DNA from: a virus
Virus record (IMG/VR): IMGVR_UViG_3300017446_000001
Location: 1 to 48,279 of that record
DNA: 48,279 bases
Direction: 5' to 3' (one strand)
Positions 8,181-15,022 of this stretch are shown piece after piece; positions within the stretch are counted from its first letter, which is position 1, and the number at the start of each line of letters is the position of its first letter. The position numbers and the translations under genes were made by a program. The notes under the pieces were generated by a model. The model did no database searches and had not been told where the DNA came from. It saw only the letters and a program-made list of their open reading frames with translations.

Positions 8181-9743
8181 CTAGGCGAACGGGTCGTACT
8201 CGGTCAACGCCTTTCCGGTCTGGCTGCCGCGGTTCTGTAGCCCGCCGCCCATGCTGCCGTCCGGCGCCTTCTGCACCGGGAAAGCGAAGGTCAGCGCCAA
8301 GGCGTCCGCGTCGTCCGGGCTGTCCACTTGGTGCATCCGCTTCATGATCTCCTTGGGCACCAGCATGATGTCCTTGTCGTTCCGATAACTGAACAGTTGG
8401 CTGACCAACTGGCGCTGCAGTTCATTGTCATCGGGGATCGCCATCGTCGGCAGCGCCGCGCGCATCACGCCCCACATCTCGGTGCGCTTGTTGGCATAGT
8501 TGGCCGCGTCCATGAACTTCTGCCCCAGGTCCGGCTTCCACCCACTCTGCACCTCGACGACGGGAATTTTCAGTTCGCGCAGCCGGTCGATCACGCCGCC
8601 GCCGACGCCGCCGCCGTCCACGTGGATCGCATCGAACTTGTACAGTTCGTGCAGCCGGGCCACCTTGTTGGCCAGTTCCATGGTGTTGGCGCCGGACATG
8701 CGGGTCCAGGGGATCGTCCGGGCATCGCGCCCCTTGCGGATGGCGATGACGCTGTTGTCGGTGCCGTACCGCGCCACGTCCACGCCGCAGATCAGCGGGT
8801 CGGACAGCTGCGGCATCGCCTCGTTCTTGCGCGCCAGCGCCACGTCCTCGTTCGGGATGAACTGGCTGGACGCCACGCGGGGGAACAGGCCGCGCACGTT
8901 GACGCGCACGTAGTCGCTATCTTCGCCCATCTTCTCGACGAGGTTGTTCAGTTCCACCTTGTCGGTGACGGGCACGGTGCGGCTGTCGATGTTGCGCACC
9001 TTCCACCGCTTGTCCTCGAACGCCTCACGGAAGCGGCCGGCGCCGCGGGTCGGGTTCCCGAAGCAGGCCCACACCACCTCGGTGTCGGCGTCGGACATGA
9101 TGCCGTCCGTGGTGTCATAGATCGGGTCTGCGATCTGCGACGCCTCGTCCATGATGAACACAATGCGCTTGCCGAAGTTGTGCAGGCCGGCGAACGCCTC
9201 GGGGTTCTGCTCGTTCCAGGCCATGGCGTCCATGCGCCAGGTCTTTTCGTGCTCGGGGTCGCGGCTGTAAATGCTGGTCGCGGTGAAGTGGAACCAGTGC
9301 CGGCAGATCATCAGGTTGAACCACTTGGCCACCTCGGGCATCGTGGTGCCGCGCAGCTGGGGCTCGGTGCCGGCGGTCAGTCGGATACGCGCCTGCGGGA
9401 AGGTAGCGAGCCCCCACAGCACCAGCCACGACACCACGCACGACTTGCCGATACCCTTGCCGGACGCCGTGGCGAACCGCCCCTTGCCGCGCACCTGGCG
9501 CCAGGGGTCGGGTTCCAGGGCGGGGCCGCCGTTGTGGCCCATCTGCGGCGTGGGGTCCGCGAATATCTGCGCCACGTCGATCAGCGCATCCGCCTGCCAC
9601 TTCGTCGGCCCCACCATCTTCTCGACCGACGTGCCGGCCTCGCCCCACGGAAACGCGAACTGGATGAAGCCGAGCGGGTCATGACGAAACGACGCGATCT
9701 TCTCGACCAGCCGAGTTTCGAGTTCGATTTCCGAAGGGCGCAT
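8181..9743 (-). CDS. terL: Terminase large subunit
   Basis: The 520-aa ORF has a Walker A-like TASGKGIGKS, the ATPase region LVLWGLATFPQARIRLTAGTEPQL, and the C-terminal nuclease-like segment CGVDVARYGTDNSVIAIRKG. Confidence 0.9.
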   Translation of the reverse strand: MRPSEIELETRLVEKIASFRHDPLGFIQFAFPWGEAGTSVEKMVGPTKWQADALIDVAQIFADPTPQMGHNGGPALEPDPWRQVRGKGRFATASGKGIGKSCVVSWLVLWGLATFPQARIRLTAGTEPQLRGTTMPEVAKWFNLMICRHWFHFTATSIYSRDPEHEKTWRMDAMAWNEQNPEAFAGLHNFGKRIVFIMDEASQIADPIYDTTDGIMSDADTEVVWACFGNPTRGAGRFREAFEDKRWKVRNIDSRTVPVTDKVELNNLVEKMGEDSDYVRVNVRGLFPRVASSQFIPNEDVALARKNEAMPQLSDPLICGVDVARYGTDNSVIAIRKGRDARTIPWTRMSGANTMELANKVARLHELYKFDAIHVDGGGVGGGVIDRLRELKIPVVEVQSGWKPDLGQKFMDAANYANKRTEMWGVMRAALPTMAIPDDNELQRQLVSQLFSYRNDKDIMLVPKEIMKRMHQVDSPDDADALALTFAFPVQKAPDGSMGGGLQNRGSQTGKALTEYDPFA

Positions 9744-9745
9744 GG

Positions 9746-10573
9746 TCAGGCAGCCAGCGCAGCGCGCGTCGCCGCGCCGACAATGCCATCCGGCGTCAGG
9801 CCACGCGCTTTCTGGAAGCGCTCGACCGCCAGTTCCGTGGCGCGGCCGAAGTGTCCGTCCACCACCAGCGAGTAGCCGTGATTGCGAAGCGCTGCCTGCA
9901 ACGACCGAACATCGCCGCCCGTGGCACCGATGCGCAACAGCGTGATCATGCCCTTGCCCGCCGTAAGGCGCGCATAGGTATCAGCCATCTTGGTGTCGTA
10001 CTGGTTTTCGCGGTAGCGGCTGCCGTTGTAGCCGCGGGCGAAGGTCGCCCAATCGTGCTCGCGCAGCGCTTTAACCAGCCCGTTGCGCTCGACGAACTCG
10101 ACGAACACCTGCAGGTGTGCAGCCGGGCCGGTGTCCAGCAGCGTGATCATCTCGTTCGGATCGCGGAAGCCCAGGCTTTCAGCGTTGTTGCCCAGCACCT
10201 GAAACGCACCGAACGACGTGGCGCGCTCGGCGGCCAGCAGGTCGAGTTCCGCCATCTCGTTGAAGCGGTCCCACTCGCCGGCACCGCCGACGTACAGCGC
10301 CTTGTTCCAAACAGGCGACGAGATGCGCGGGTGTGACTTGTCGTACTTGCCCCCGGTGTACTGGCTGAACTTGTGCGCTTCGCACAGGATCATCAGACGG
10401 CCGTCCGCCAAGAAGCCGGTGCGCCCGCCGCTTTCGACGATGCCTACGGTCTTGATGGCCGGGATGTCGCACCCCAGGCGCGCGGCCTGATGGGCGTAGT
10501 CGGCATCGGTCAACGCCAGCGGCACCGGATGCGGGGCCTGTACCAGCGGCTGCGTTTCGTAGCTGTCGGTCAT
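9746..10573 (-). CDS. Endolysin: DUF3380-type N-acetylmuramidase domain plus C-terminal peptidoglycan-binding domain
   Basis: The 275-aa ORF contains ...IVESGGRTGFLADGRLMILCEAHKF...TSFGAFQVLGNNAESLGF...YNGSRYRENQYDTKM... The C-terminus GDVRSLQAALRNHGYSLVVDGHFGRATELAVERFQKARGLTPDGIVGAATRAAL is a PG_binding_1-type repeat. Confidence 0.85.
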   Translation of the reverse strand: MTDSYETQPLVQAPHPVPLALTDADYAHQAARLGCDIPAIKTVGIVESGGRTGFLADGRLMILCEAHKFSQYTGGKYDKSHPRISSPVWNKALYVGGAGEWDRFNEMAELDLLAAERATSFGAFQVLGNNAESLGFRDPNEMITLLDTGPAAHLQVFVEFVERNGLVKALREHDWATFARGYNGSRYRENQYDTKMADTYARLTAGKGMITLLRIGATGGDVRSLQAALRNHGYSLVVDGHFGRATELAVERFQKARGLTPDGIVGAATRAALAA

Positions 10574-10603
10574 GTGTCGTCCTCGGGTTGGGCTGCGGCA
10601 CTA

Positions 10604-11365
10604 TCACCGCAGCATGGCAGCCAAGTCCAGCGGGTCGTCATCGGCGTCGTGCACCGCGGGGGCGTGACCCTGCAGCCGCCGGGCAATCTCATCCTGCTGG
10701 GGCGTCAGCACCACCTGCTCGGCGGTCACGTCCTCGAACTCGCCTTCCAGCACATCGGGCTCGTCGTCGGCGTCCTCGTCCTCGACCCCGGCATGCCCGG
10801 TGCGCTTGAAGGCGGCATCCAGCCGGGTGGCCAGGCTGGACGTTATGTTCACGTCGATCTTGTCGTTGTTCAGCCCCAGGTGCCTCATGGCCGCGGTGAT
10901 GGCGGGCATCTTGCCGGTCAGCTTCACCTCCTGAATTTCAACCGGCGTCATCTTGCCGCCCTCGCCCGCCTCGACGATCCGGCGCGTCTTGATGCCTTCC
11001 AGCATCAGGGCGTCCCACTCGCTGTACTCGGTCGGCGGGCGCAGGCTGCCGTCCTCGTTGAACATCACGCGGGGGTCGCCCTTGATGATCGCGCCCAGCC
11101 GCTGCAGCACGTCGTCGGCGGTCAGGCCGACCCGGCGGGCGCGCTCGGCAATGGCACGCGCGATGGCGTCGCCCGTATTGGTGCCCTTCTTGACCAGCCG
11201 GTGCGCCACCTTCGCCGCGGTCGCTGGCGGGTAGCCGGCGCGGATCGCGGCCTGCGTGGCGTTCAGGTCGATCATGTATTCCAGAATGAACAGCTTCTGC
11301 TGCTCGGTCAGCACAGACGGCTGCTTCTTCTGCATCAGCTTCGCAACGGCCCGCTGCTCATTCAT
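10604..11365 (-). CDS. terS: Terminase small subunit
   Basis: From the ATG at 11365 the translation is MNEQRAVAKLMQKKQPSVLTEQQKLFILEYMIDLNATQAAIRAGYPPATAAKVAHRLVKK..., the typical Terminase_2 HTH N-terminus. It has an acidic C-terminal tail. The upstream 28 codons of the listed ORF are not called. Confidence 0.85.
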   Translation of the reverse strand: MNEQRAVAKLMQKKQPSVLTEQQKLFILEYMIDLNATQAAIRAGYPPATAAKVAHRLVKKGTNTGDAIARAIAERARRVGLTADDVLQRLGAIIKGDPRVMFNEDGSLRPPTEYSEWDALMLEGIKTRRIVEAGEGGKMTPVEIQEVKLTGKMPAITAAMRHLGLNNDKIDVNITSSLATRLDAAFKRTGHAGVEDEDADDEPDVLEGEFEDVTAEQVVLTPQQDEIARRLQGHAPAVHDADDDPLDLAAMLR

Positions 11366-11369
11366 CGCC

Positions 11370-11519
11370 TCAATCCTTGTGCTGCTTGGCGGCCGTCCAA
11401 GCCTGCCAGCACCGTTCGGTCCACGGATCGACGTAGCCGCTATCGACACGTCGCACGTTCATGTAGCGCGTGATAGCCCAATGCTCAAAGCCCTGACGGC
11501 TACGCTCTGCGTCCGTCAC
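11370..11519 (-). CDS. Hypothetical 49-aa protein (not in the ORF track)
   Basis: The GTG at 11519 overlaps the upstream stop (GTGA). Manual translation is (M)TDAERSRQGFEHWAITRYMNVRRVDSGYVDPWTERCWQAWTAAKQHKD. The stop lies 4 nt before the terS ATG. The FE.W...W.AW pattern is common in small phage proteins. Confidence 0.6.
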   Translation of the reverse strand: MTDAERSRQGFEHWAITRYMNVRRVDSGYVDPWTERCWQAWTAAKQHKD

Positions 11520-11794
11520 TGCTGCGGCGCCTGCAGGATCGGGTATTCACCCGCCACGTTGATGCGCACGTTGTCGATGCCGGCCGCCAGCACGAACGGC
11601 GCGCGCAGTTCGAGGCGCCCCGACCGGCCGCTGACCGACGTGACCACCGCAATGCTCTTGCCGGCCAGCCGCGTGATCAGCGACATGCGCAGCCGGATAT
11701 GCCACGGCGTCCGTCGCCCGAACTCCTGCCGCGTGTTGTCGTCCAGCCGGAACACGCCCGGCCGCAGCCACTTGCCTTTCGCACCGGGGATCAT
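11516..11794 (-). CDS. Hypothetical protein (92 aa)
   Basis: The ATG at 11794 follows GAAGGA at 10 nt. Translation is MIPGAKGKWLRPGVFRLDDNTRQEFGRRTPWHIRLRMSLITRLAGKSIAVVTSVSG... The upstream part of the listed 151-aa ORF is Arg/Pro-rich and is replaced by the 57-aa gene in another frame. Confidence 0.7.
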   Translation of the reverse strand: MIPGAKGKWLRPGVFRLDDNTRQEFGRRTPWHIRLRMSLITRLAGKSIAVVTSVSGRSGRLELRAPFVLAAGIDNVRINVAGEYPILQAPQQ

Positions 11795-11964
11795 TGGCGG
11801 AAGTCCTTCTCGGGGATGCACACCATGGTCATGCCTTCCCGGCGTGCGAACTCGCGGTACTCGTCCAGCCGACGCAGGCACACCGCCTGGCTGGGGTGCG
11901 TCTGCGTGATGTGCAGGCCGGGCTCGGCGGCCCAGGTCATCAGCAGCAGATAGGCGACAATCAT
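11791..11964 (-). CDS. Hypothetical 57-aa protein with a hydrophobic N-terminus (not in the ORF track)
   Basis: Manual translation is MIVAYLLLMTWAAEPGLHITQTHPSQAVCLRRLDEYREFARREGMTMVCIPEKDFRQ. It has ATGA overlaps with both neighbours, at 11964/11961 and 11794/11791. Confidence 0.65.
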   Translation of the reverse strand: MIVAYLLLMTWAAEPGLHITQTHPSQAVCLRRLDEYREFARREGMTMVCIPEKDFRQ

Positions 11965-12563
11965 GCGCCACGCTTCGCCATATTTAGCCAGTGGTCCCGG
12001 ACGTGCTGGGGCAGCTCGTTCCAGGGAAGCAGTTCCATCCCAGCACTCATGGCCTGCGCCTCGAACATCGCCTTTGCGCGCAGCACCGTATCCTGATCAG
12101 AATGCGCAGACGTATCGGTCAGCGCTTCGGTCAGCATGCGCCGCGCCGTCGCGCCGGTCGTCTCGGGGATGTACTTGAAGGCGTGGCGCACCGCGGCCAC
12201 CAGCTTGGCCTTTGCGTGCACCGCCGGGATGTACTTCGCCAGCACCGCCTCGGGGATCGCCGCGGTGAAGCGCTCGGCCACGTCGTCGAGTTCCAGCGGC
12301 GTGATGACCACGGTGTGCTGCACGTCGTCGGTGCACATCATGACGAACGGCGCGTGATCCGGCATGTAGCGCTTCACCTGCTCGAAGGCGCGCATGATGA
12401 TCGCCTGCACCGCCTCCTGCTTCTCGGCGGGCGTCAGGTCGGTCGGGTGCATCAGCGGCAGCAAGTGCGGTGGCATGCGCCCCTGCAACTGCTCGGGGGT
12501 GCGCTCGACGCCAGCCGGCAGCGGCGTGGCGGCGCCCAGCAGAAAACGGGTATCGTCGGTCAT
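11961..12563 (-). CDS. Hypothetical protein, first gene of the leftward operon
   Basis: The 200-aa ORF is MTDDTRFLLGAATPLPAGVERTPEQLQGRMPPHLLPLMHPTDLTPAEKQEAVQAIIMRAFEQVKRYM... AAGAGG lies 7 nt upstream of the ATG. Confidence 0.75.
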   Translation of the reverse strand: MTDDTRFLLGAATPLPAGVERTPEQLQGRMPPHLLPLMHPTDLTPAEKQEAVQAIIMRAFEQVKRYMPDHAPFVMMCTDDVQHTVVITPLELDDVAERFTAAIPEAVLAKYIPAVHAKAKLVAAVRHAFKYIPETTGATARRMLTEALTDTSAHSDQDTVLRAKAMFEAQAMSAGMELLPWNELPQHVRDHWLNMAKRGA

Positions 12564-12596
12564 CTTTGCCTCTTGGCTAGGGTGGTGACGAACTCG

Positions 12597-12625
12597 GGTC
12601 TATCAGGCGTCTCGCCACGGGTCAA
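12597..12625 (-). promoter_or_regulatory. Putative sigma70-type promoter of the leftward (packaging/late) operon
   Basis: The minus strand reads TTGACC (12625-12620), a 17-nt spacer, then TAGACC (12602-12597), about 35 nt upstream of the 12563 ATG. The -35 hexamer matches the two early promoters at 14349 and 15323. Confidence 0.45.
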
Positions 12626-12679
12626 GTGGAATGCGCCGCGCCGAGAAGTGGTTGGTACATAAGGCCGCGCAGGCTAACG

Positions 12680-12696
12680 CGGTACAAAATGTACAG
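12680..12696. promoter_or_regulatory. Operator-like 17-bp motif, copy 1 (degenerate)
   Basis: CGGTACAAAATGTACAG is followed by ATTG, as in the copies at 14325 and 15299. Confidence 0.5.
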
Positions 12697-12723
12697 ATTG
12701 AGCATGGCGTGACAGGTGGTGCT

Positions 12724-12740
12724 CTGTACGTTTTGTGCAG
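12724..12740. promoter_or_regulatory. Operator-like 17-bp motif, copy 2
   Basis: CTGTACGTTTTGTGCAG is identical 17/17 to the copy at 14325-14341. Confidence 0.6.
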
Positions 12741-12766
12741 CCGGGACCGCGCGAGTTCAGAAAAAG

Positions 12767-12783
12767 GTGTGCATTTTGTACAG
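12767..12783. promoter_or_regulatory. Operator-like 17-bp motif, copy 3 (degenerate)
   Basis: The sequence is GTGTGCATTTTGTACAG. Copies 1-3 start 44 and 43 bp apart. Confidence 0.45.
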
Positions 12784-13273
12784 GTAGCACATTCAGGGGG
12801 TGGGGTGGACGTTCCGTCCATGTCGGTACTGGCTGTAAAAATAATACAATTTGCCGAGATGGGGTCTGTAGGGGCGCGGCGGCCGGGTGCGGCGAACCCC
12901 CACCCCCGCCTGTTCGGGCTCGAAGGGGGAGGGGGTGCAGCCCCGCGGGCGGCCAGGCGCTTGCGCTCGCGCCCTGCATCGTGCAAAGTGAGTGATATCA
13001 GGCGCCTAGATGCGATGTGTACGAAAGTCGCATAACAGACATTATGTCAACATGCCTGCTAACCCACTGATATTGCTGGTCGTGCTCATGCCATTTAGGA
13101 CAAGATGTGCAGGTGCACAGCCGCGGATCGGCCGCCGCGACGTGGTTGTGTGCATTATGTCCTAGGTGTGCAGGGTGCGCGCCCGACGTGGCACAGCACG
13201 TTGCGCCCCTTAACGTGAGCCCGTGCCAGATGTGCGCTGCGGCTCAATGCACATACCCTGTGAGGGCGGTTAG

Positions 13274-13310
13274 GCCATCACGTGCCATCATGTGACAGTG
13301 TGCGCCATCA
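13274..13310. repeat. Three phased GCCATCA direct repeats (iteron-like)
   Basis: GCCATCAcgt, GCCATCAtgt and (20 bp later) GCCATCAcgc start at 13274, 13284 and 13304. The spacing is a multiple of 10 bp. Confidence 0.6.
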
Positions 13311-13338
13311 CGCTCCTGTACAGCCCGTAGTGGCCTAT

Positions 13339-13364
13339 CTGTGCAGCATCCACATTCTGCACAG
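13339..13364. repeat. Inverted repeat CTGTGCAG-N10-CTGCACAG
   Basis: It has perfect 8-bp arms. A palindromic CTGTACAG lies at 13316-13323 just upstream. All three are related to the half-sites of the 17-bp motif. Confidence 0.7.
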
Positions 13365-13460
13365 CCAGCAATCAGCACACTACGGCTTGAAGGGCGGGGC
13401 TAGCGAAGCGACCAGCCCCGACCCGTCTAGCCCATAGGGTTGTGATAGCGGCCACCATCC

Positions 13461-13490
13461 TTGCTATTTGCCCTAATAGCCCTGTAATCA
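13461..13490 (+). promoter_or_regulatory. Putative promoter of the first early gene
   Basis: TTGCTA, an 18-nt spacer, then TAATCA lie about 70 nt upstream of the 13558 ATG, which has the strong RBS AAGGAGA. Confidence 0.35.
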
Positions 13491-13557
13491 CTCTACTCCC
13501 CTATCTCCCTTCGGGATCAGGGATAGAGAATACAGGTTGTGTTAAGGAGATAGAGCG

Positions 13558-14322
13558 ATGGTAGAGCACTGGCAGGTAGATGGCGACTTGCTGCTTACGG
13601 AATACGGCCACGATGCGCGTGCAGTCCTGGCCACCGCTATGACGCTTGCCCTGATCCACGGTGCGGCGCCCGGCGATTGCATCCGTGTCAACCTGTCAGA
13701 CACACAGGTAGCGTGGTGCAGGACGTTCAGCACTGGCTGGTCGTGCGTCGCACTGGCACCACGTGACGAACTGCACACGGTGGATGTGGTGGCGCGTGAC
13801 ACGTTCTTCGCGGCAGCATGGCCCAAGCACTGGATCACGGCACGGCGCATCCGCAGTGCAGAGGTGCTGGCGCGTGACATCCCGTTCGCAGAGGGCGGCA
13901 TGTGCTGGGCCAAGCATCCCACAGGGCGCGTGGTGGTGGCGCAGATTGCAGGCACTGATCCGCTGTGCGTGCAGCTGACGCGCCATGCCGAGCCCGTGCT
14001 GGCCAGTGAAACGGCGCTTTCGTGGCGCACACTGCAATACAACGTGGAAGGCTGGCGCATGGAGTGGATGGACGGCCGCCATCACATCCACAATTTCAAG
14101 CTAGGCGCCATGCGTGCAGGCTTGCGGCTCAAACGCGCGGCCACCAAGACGGCCAAGGTGGAGGACACGCGCACACCTGCCGAGAAGGCTGCAGCCAAGG
14201 CAGAACGCACGCGCAAGTGGCTTGAAGCGCTGAACGCTGGCAAGGCGCGCAAGAAGGCTGAACGCGAAGCAGGGCTAGCTGCCGCCAAGGCGGAAGCCGG
14301 GAAAATCAGGCAGGGAGGATAA
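13558..14322 (+). CDS. First early protein, unknown function, with a Lys/Ala-rich basic C-terminal tail
   Basis: The 254-aa ORF has an AAGGAGA RBS. Translation is MVEHWQVDGDLLLTEYGHDARAVLATAM... with the tail ...KRAATKTAKVEDTRTPAEKAAAKAERTRKWLEALNAGKARKKAEREAGLAAAKAEAGK. Confidence 0.8.
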   Translation: MVEHWQVDGDLLLTEYGHDARAVLATAMTLALIHGAAPGDCIRVNLSDTQVAWCRTFSTGWSCVALAPRDELHTVDVVARDTFFAAAWPKHWITARRIRSAEVLARDIPFAEGGMCWAKHPTGRVVVAQIAGTDPLCVQLTRHAEPVLASETALSWRTLQYNVEGWRMEWMDGRHHIHNFKLGAMRAGLRLKRAATKTAKVEDTRTPAEKAAAKAERTRKWLEALNAGKARKKAEREAGLAAAKAEAGKIRQGG

Positions 14323-14324
14323 AT

Positions 14325-14341
14325 CTGTACGTTTTGTGCAG
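14325..14341. promoter_or_regulatory. Operator-like 17-bp motif, copy 4
   Basis: CTGTACGTTTTGTGCAG ends 7 nt upstream of the -35 TTGACC. Confidence 0.6.
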
Positions 14342-14348
14342 ATTGCTG

Positions 14349-14377
14349 TTGACCACGGTTTTTCCACAGGCTAGGTA
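14349..14377 (+). promoter_or_regulatory. Putative early promoter (repeat cassette A)
   Basis: The sequence is TTGACC, a 17-nt spacer, then TAGGTA. The 33-nt block CAGATTGCTGTTGACCACGGTTTtTCCACAgGCTA is shared with 15313-15347 apart from 2 substitutions. Confidence 0.55.
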
Positions 14378-14419
14378 TGGGCTACGCCAGCGACGGCGCC
14401 ACACGAAAGGGTTTACAAA

Positions 14420-14617
14420 ATGTCCGCACCGATCCTCGCAGTCCCGCACCTCATGGCCCTGATCGTCGAGACACACGGCAGCCAGGCCATTTATCCCAGC
14501 CATGGCGAGTTCTGTGTGATCACGGTGCGGGACGGCGGCATGGTGCAGGGCACGAGCCGCTACGTGCGCACCCTGACGGGCGCCCGCCGTATCGCGAAGA
14601 AGGATGCAGGGCTGTGA
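14420..14617 (+). CDS. Hypothetical early protein (65 aa)
   Basis: The leader AAGGGTTTACAAAATG is shared with the gene at 15405. Translation is MSAPILAVPHLMALIVETHGSQAIYPSHGEFCVITVRDGGMVQGTSRYVRTL... Confidence 0.7.
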   Translation: MSAPILAVPHLMALIVETHGSQAIYPSHGEFCVITVRDGGMVQGTSRYVRTLTGARRIAKKDAGL

Positions 14618-14760
14618 TCAGCTATCGGAAAGTGGGCGGCCTGGTTTTCGTGCGCATCGGTAGCTTCCAGTTCAGCTATTGCCGCACGAGCAAGCCGCAC
14701 CGCGTGGTTGACTGCGCCATTGGCGGCAGCCGCCTCTATGACTTCGCAATCAATTCCTAA
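14614..14760 (+). CDS. Hypothetical early protein (48 aa, not separately in the ORF track)
   Basis: The GTG at 14614 overlaps the upstream stop (GTGA). Translation is (M)ISYRKVGGLVFVRIGSFQFSYCRTSKPHRVVDCAIGGSRLYDFAINS. Confidence 0.55.
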   Translation: MISYRKVGGLVFVRIGSFQFSYCRTSKPHRVVDCAIGGSRLYDFAINS

Positions 14761-14791
14761 TATTCACCTAGTAACGCAAGGAACAGACACC

Positions 14792-15022
14792 ATGGCTCAC
14801 AATGTAACTCGGCACCTTGGCATTCTTCGCATTGAAGGCCGCCTGCCCAGCAGCAACAACGGCAACCCTCGCTATTCGCTCTATGTTGCTGGTTTCCGCT
14901 GCCGCACGTCGGTAGATAGCAGCCTGGCTTATTCTGTGCCGAACCACGATGGCAAGCAGGTGGAAGCTACTATCGGCACCCACTACGGCGTTCCCACGCT
15001 GCTTTCTGTCAAGGCAGTCTGA
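14792..15022 (+). CDS. Hypothetical early protein (76 aa)
   Basis: The ATG at 14792 follows AAGGAA. Translation is MAHNVTRHLGILRIEGRLPSSNNGNPRYSLYVAGFRCRTSVDSSLAYSVPNHDGKQVEATIG... Confidence 0.7.
   Translation: MAHNVTRHLGILRIEGRLPSSNNGNPRYSLYVAGFRCRTSVDSSLAYSVPNHDGKQVEATIGTHYGVPTLLSVKAV

Noticed and set aside
12724-12740. Whether the 17-bp motif is a LexA SOS box (CTGT-N8-ACAG) or a CRP/PhoB box.
   Set aside because: The spacing is wrong for a LexA box: the motif is 17 bp with CTGY...RCAG ends separated by 9 nt, not 8. The half-sites do not match TGTGA/TCACA (CRP). The PhoB-box similarity is limited to CTGT plus an A/T-rich centre. I kept it as an uncharacterised motif instead.
12796-12935. 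G-quadruplex formation by the GGGGG runs.
   Set aside because: Only two or three closely spaced G-runs occur per strand segment, so a canonical four-run G4 is not supported. The complementary-block hairpin interpretation is simpler.
12603-13295. ORFs listed inside the control region: 12603-12986 -, 12631-13035 +, 12674-12979 -, 12735-12995 + and 13107-13295 +.
   Set aside because: They overlap one another in different frames and have no Shine-Dalgarno sequences. Their compositions are junk-like (Pro/Arg/Cys/Gly runs generated by the G5/C5 blocks), and they are interrupted by the repeat motifs. I treat the region as non-coding.
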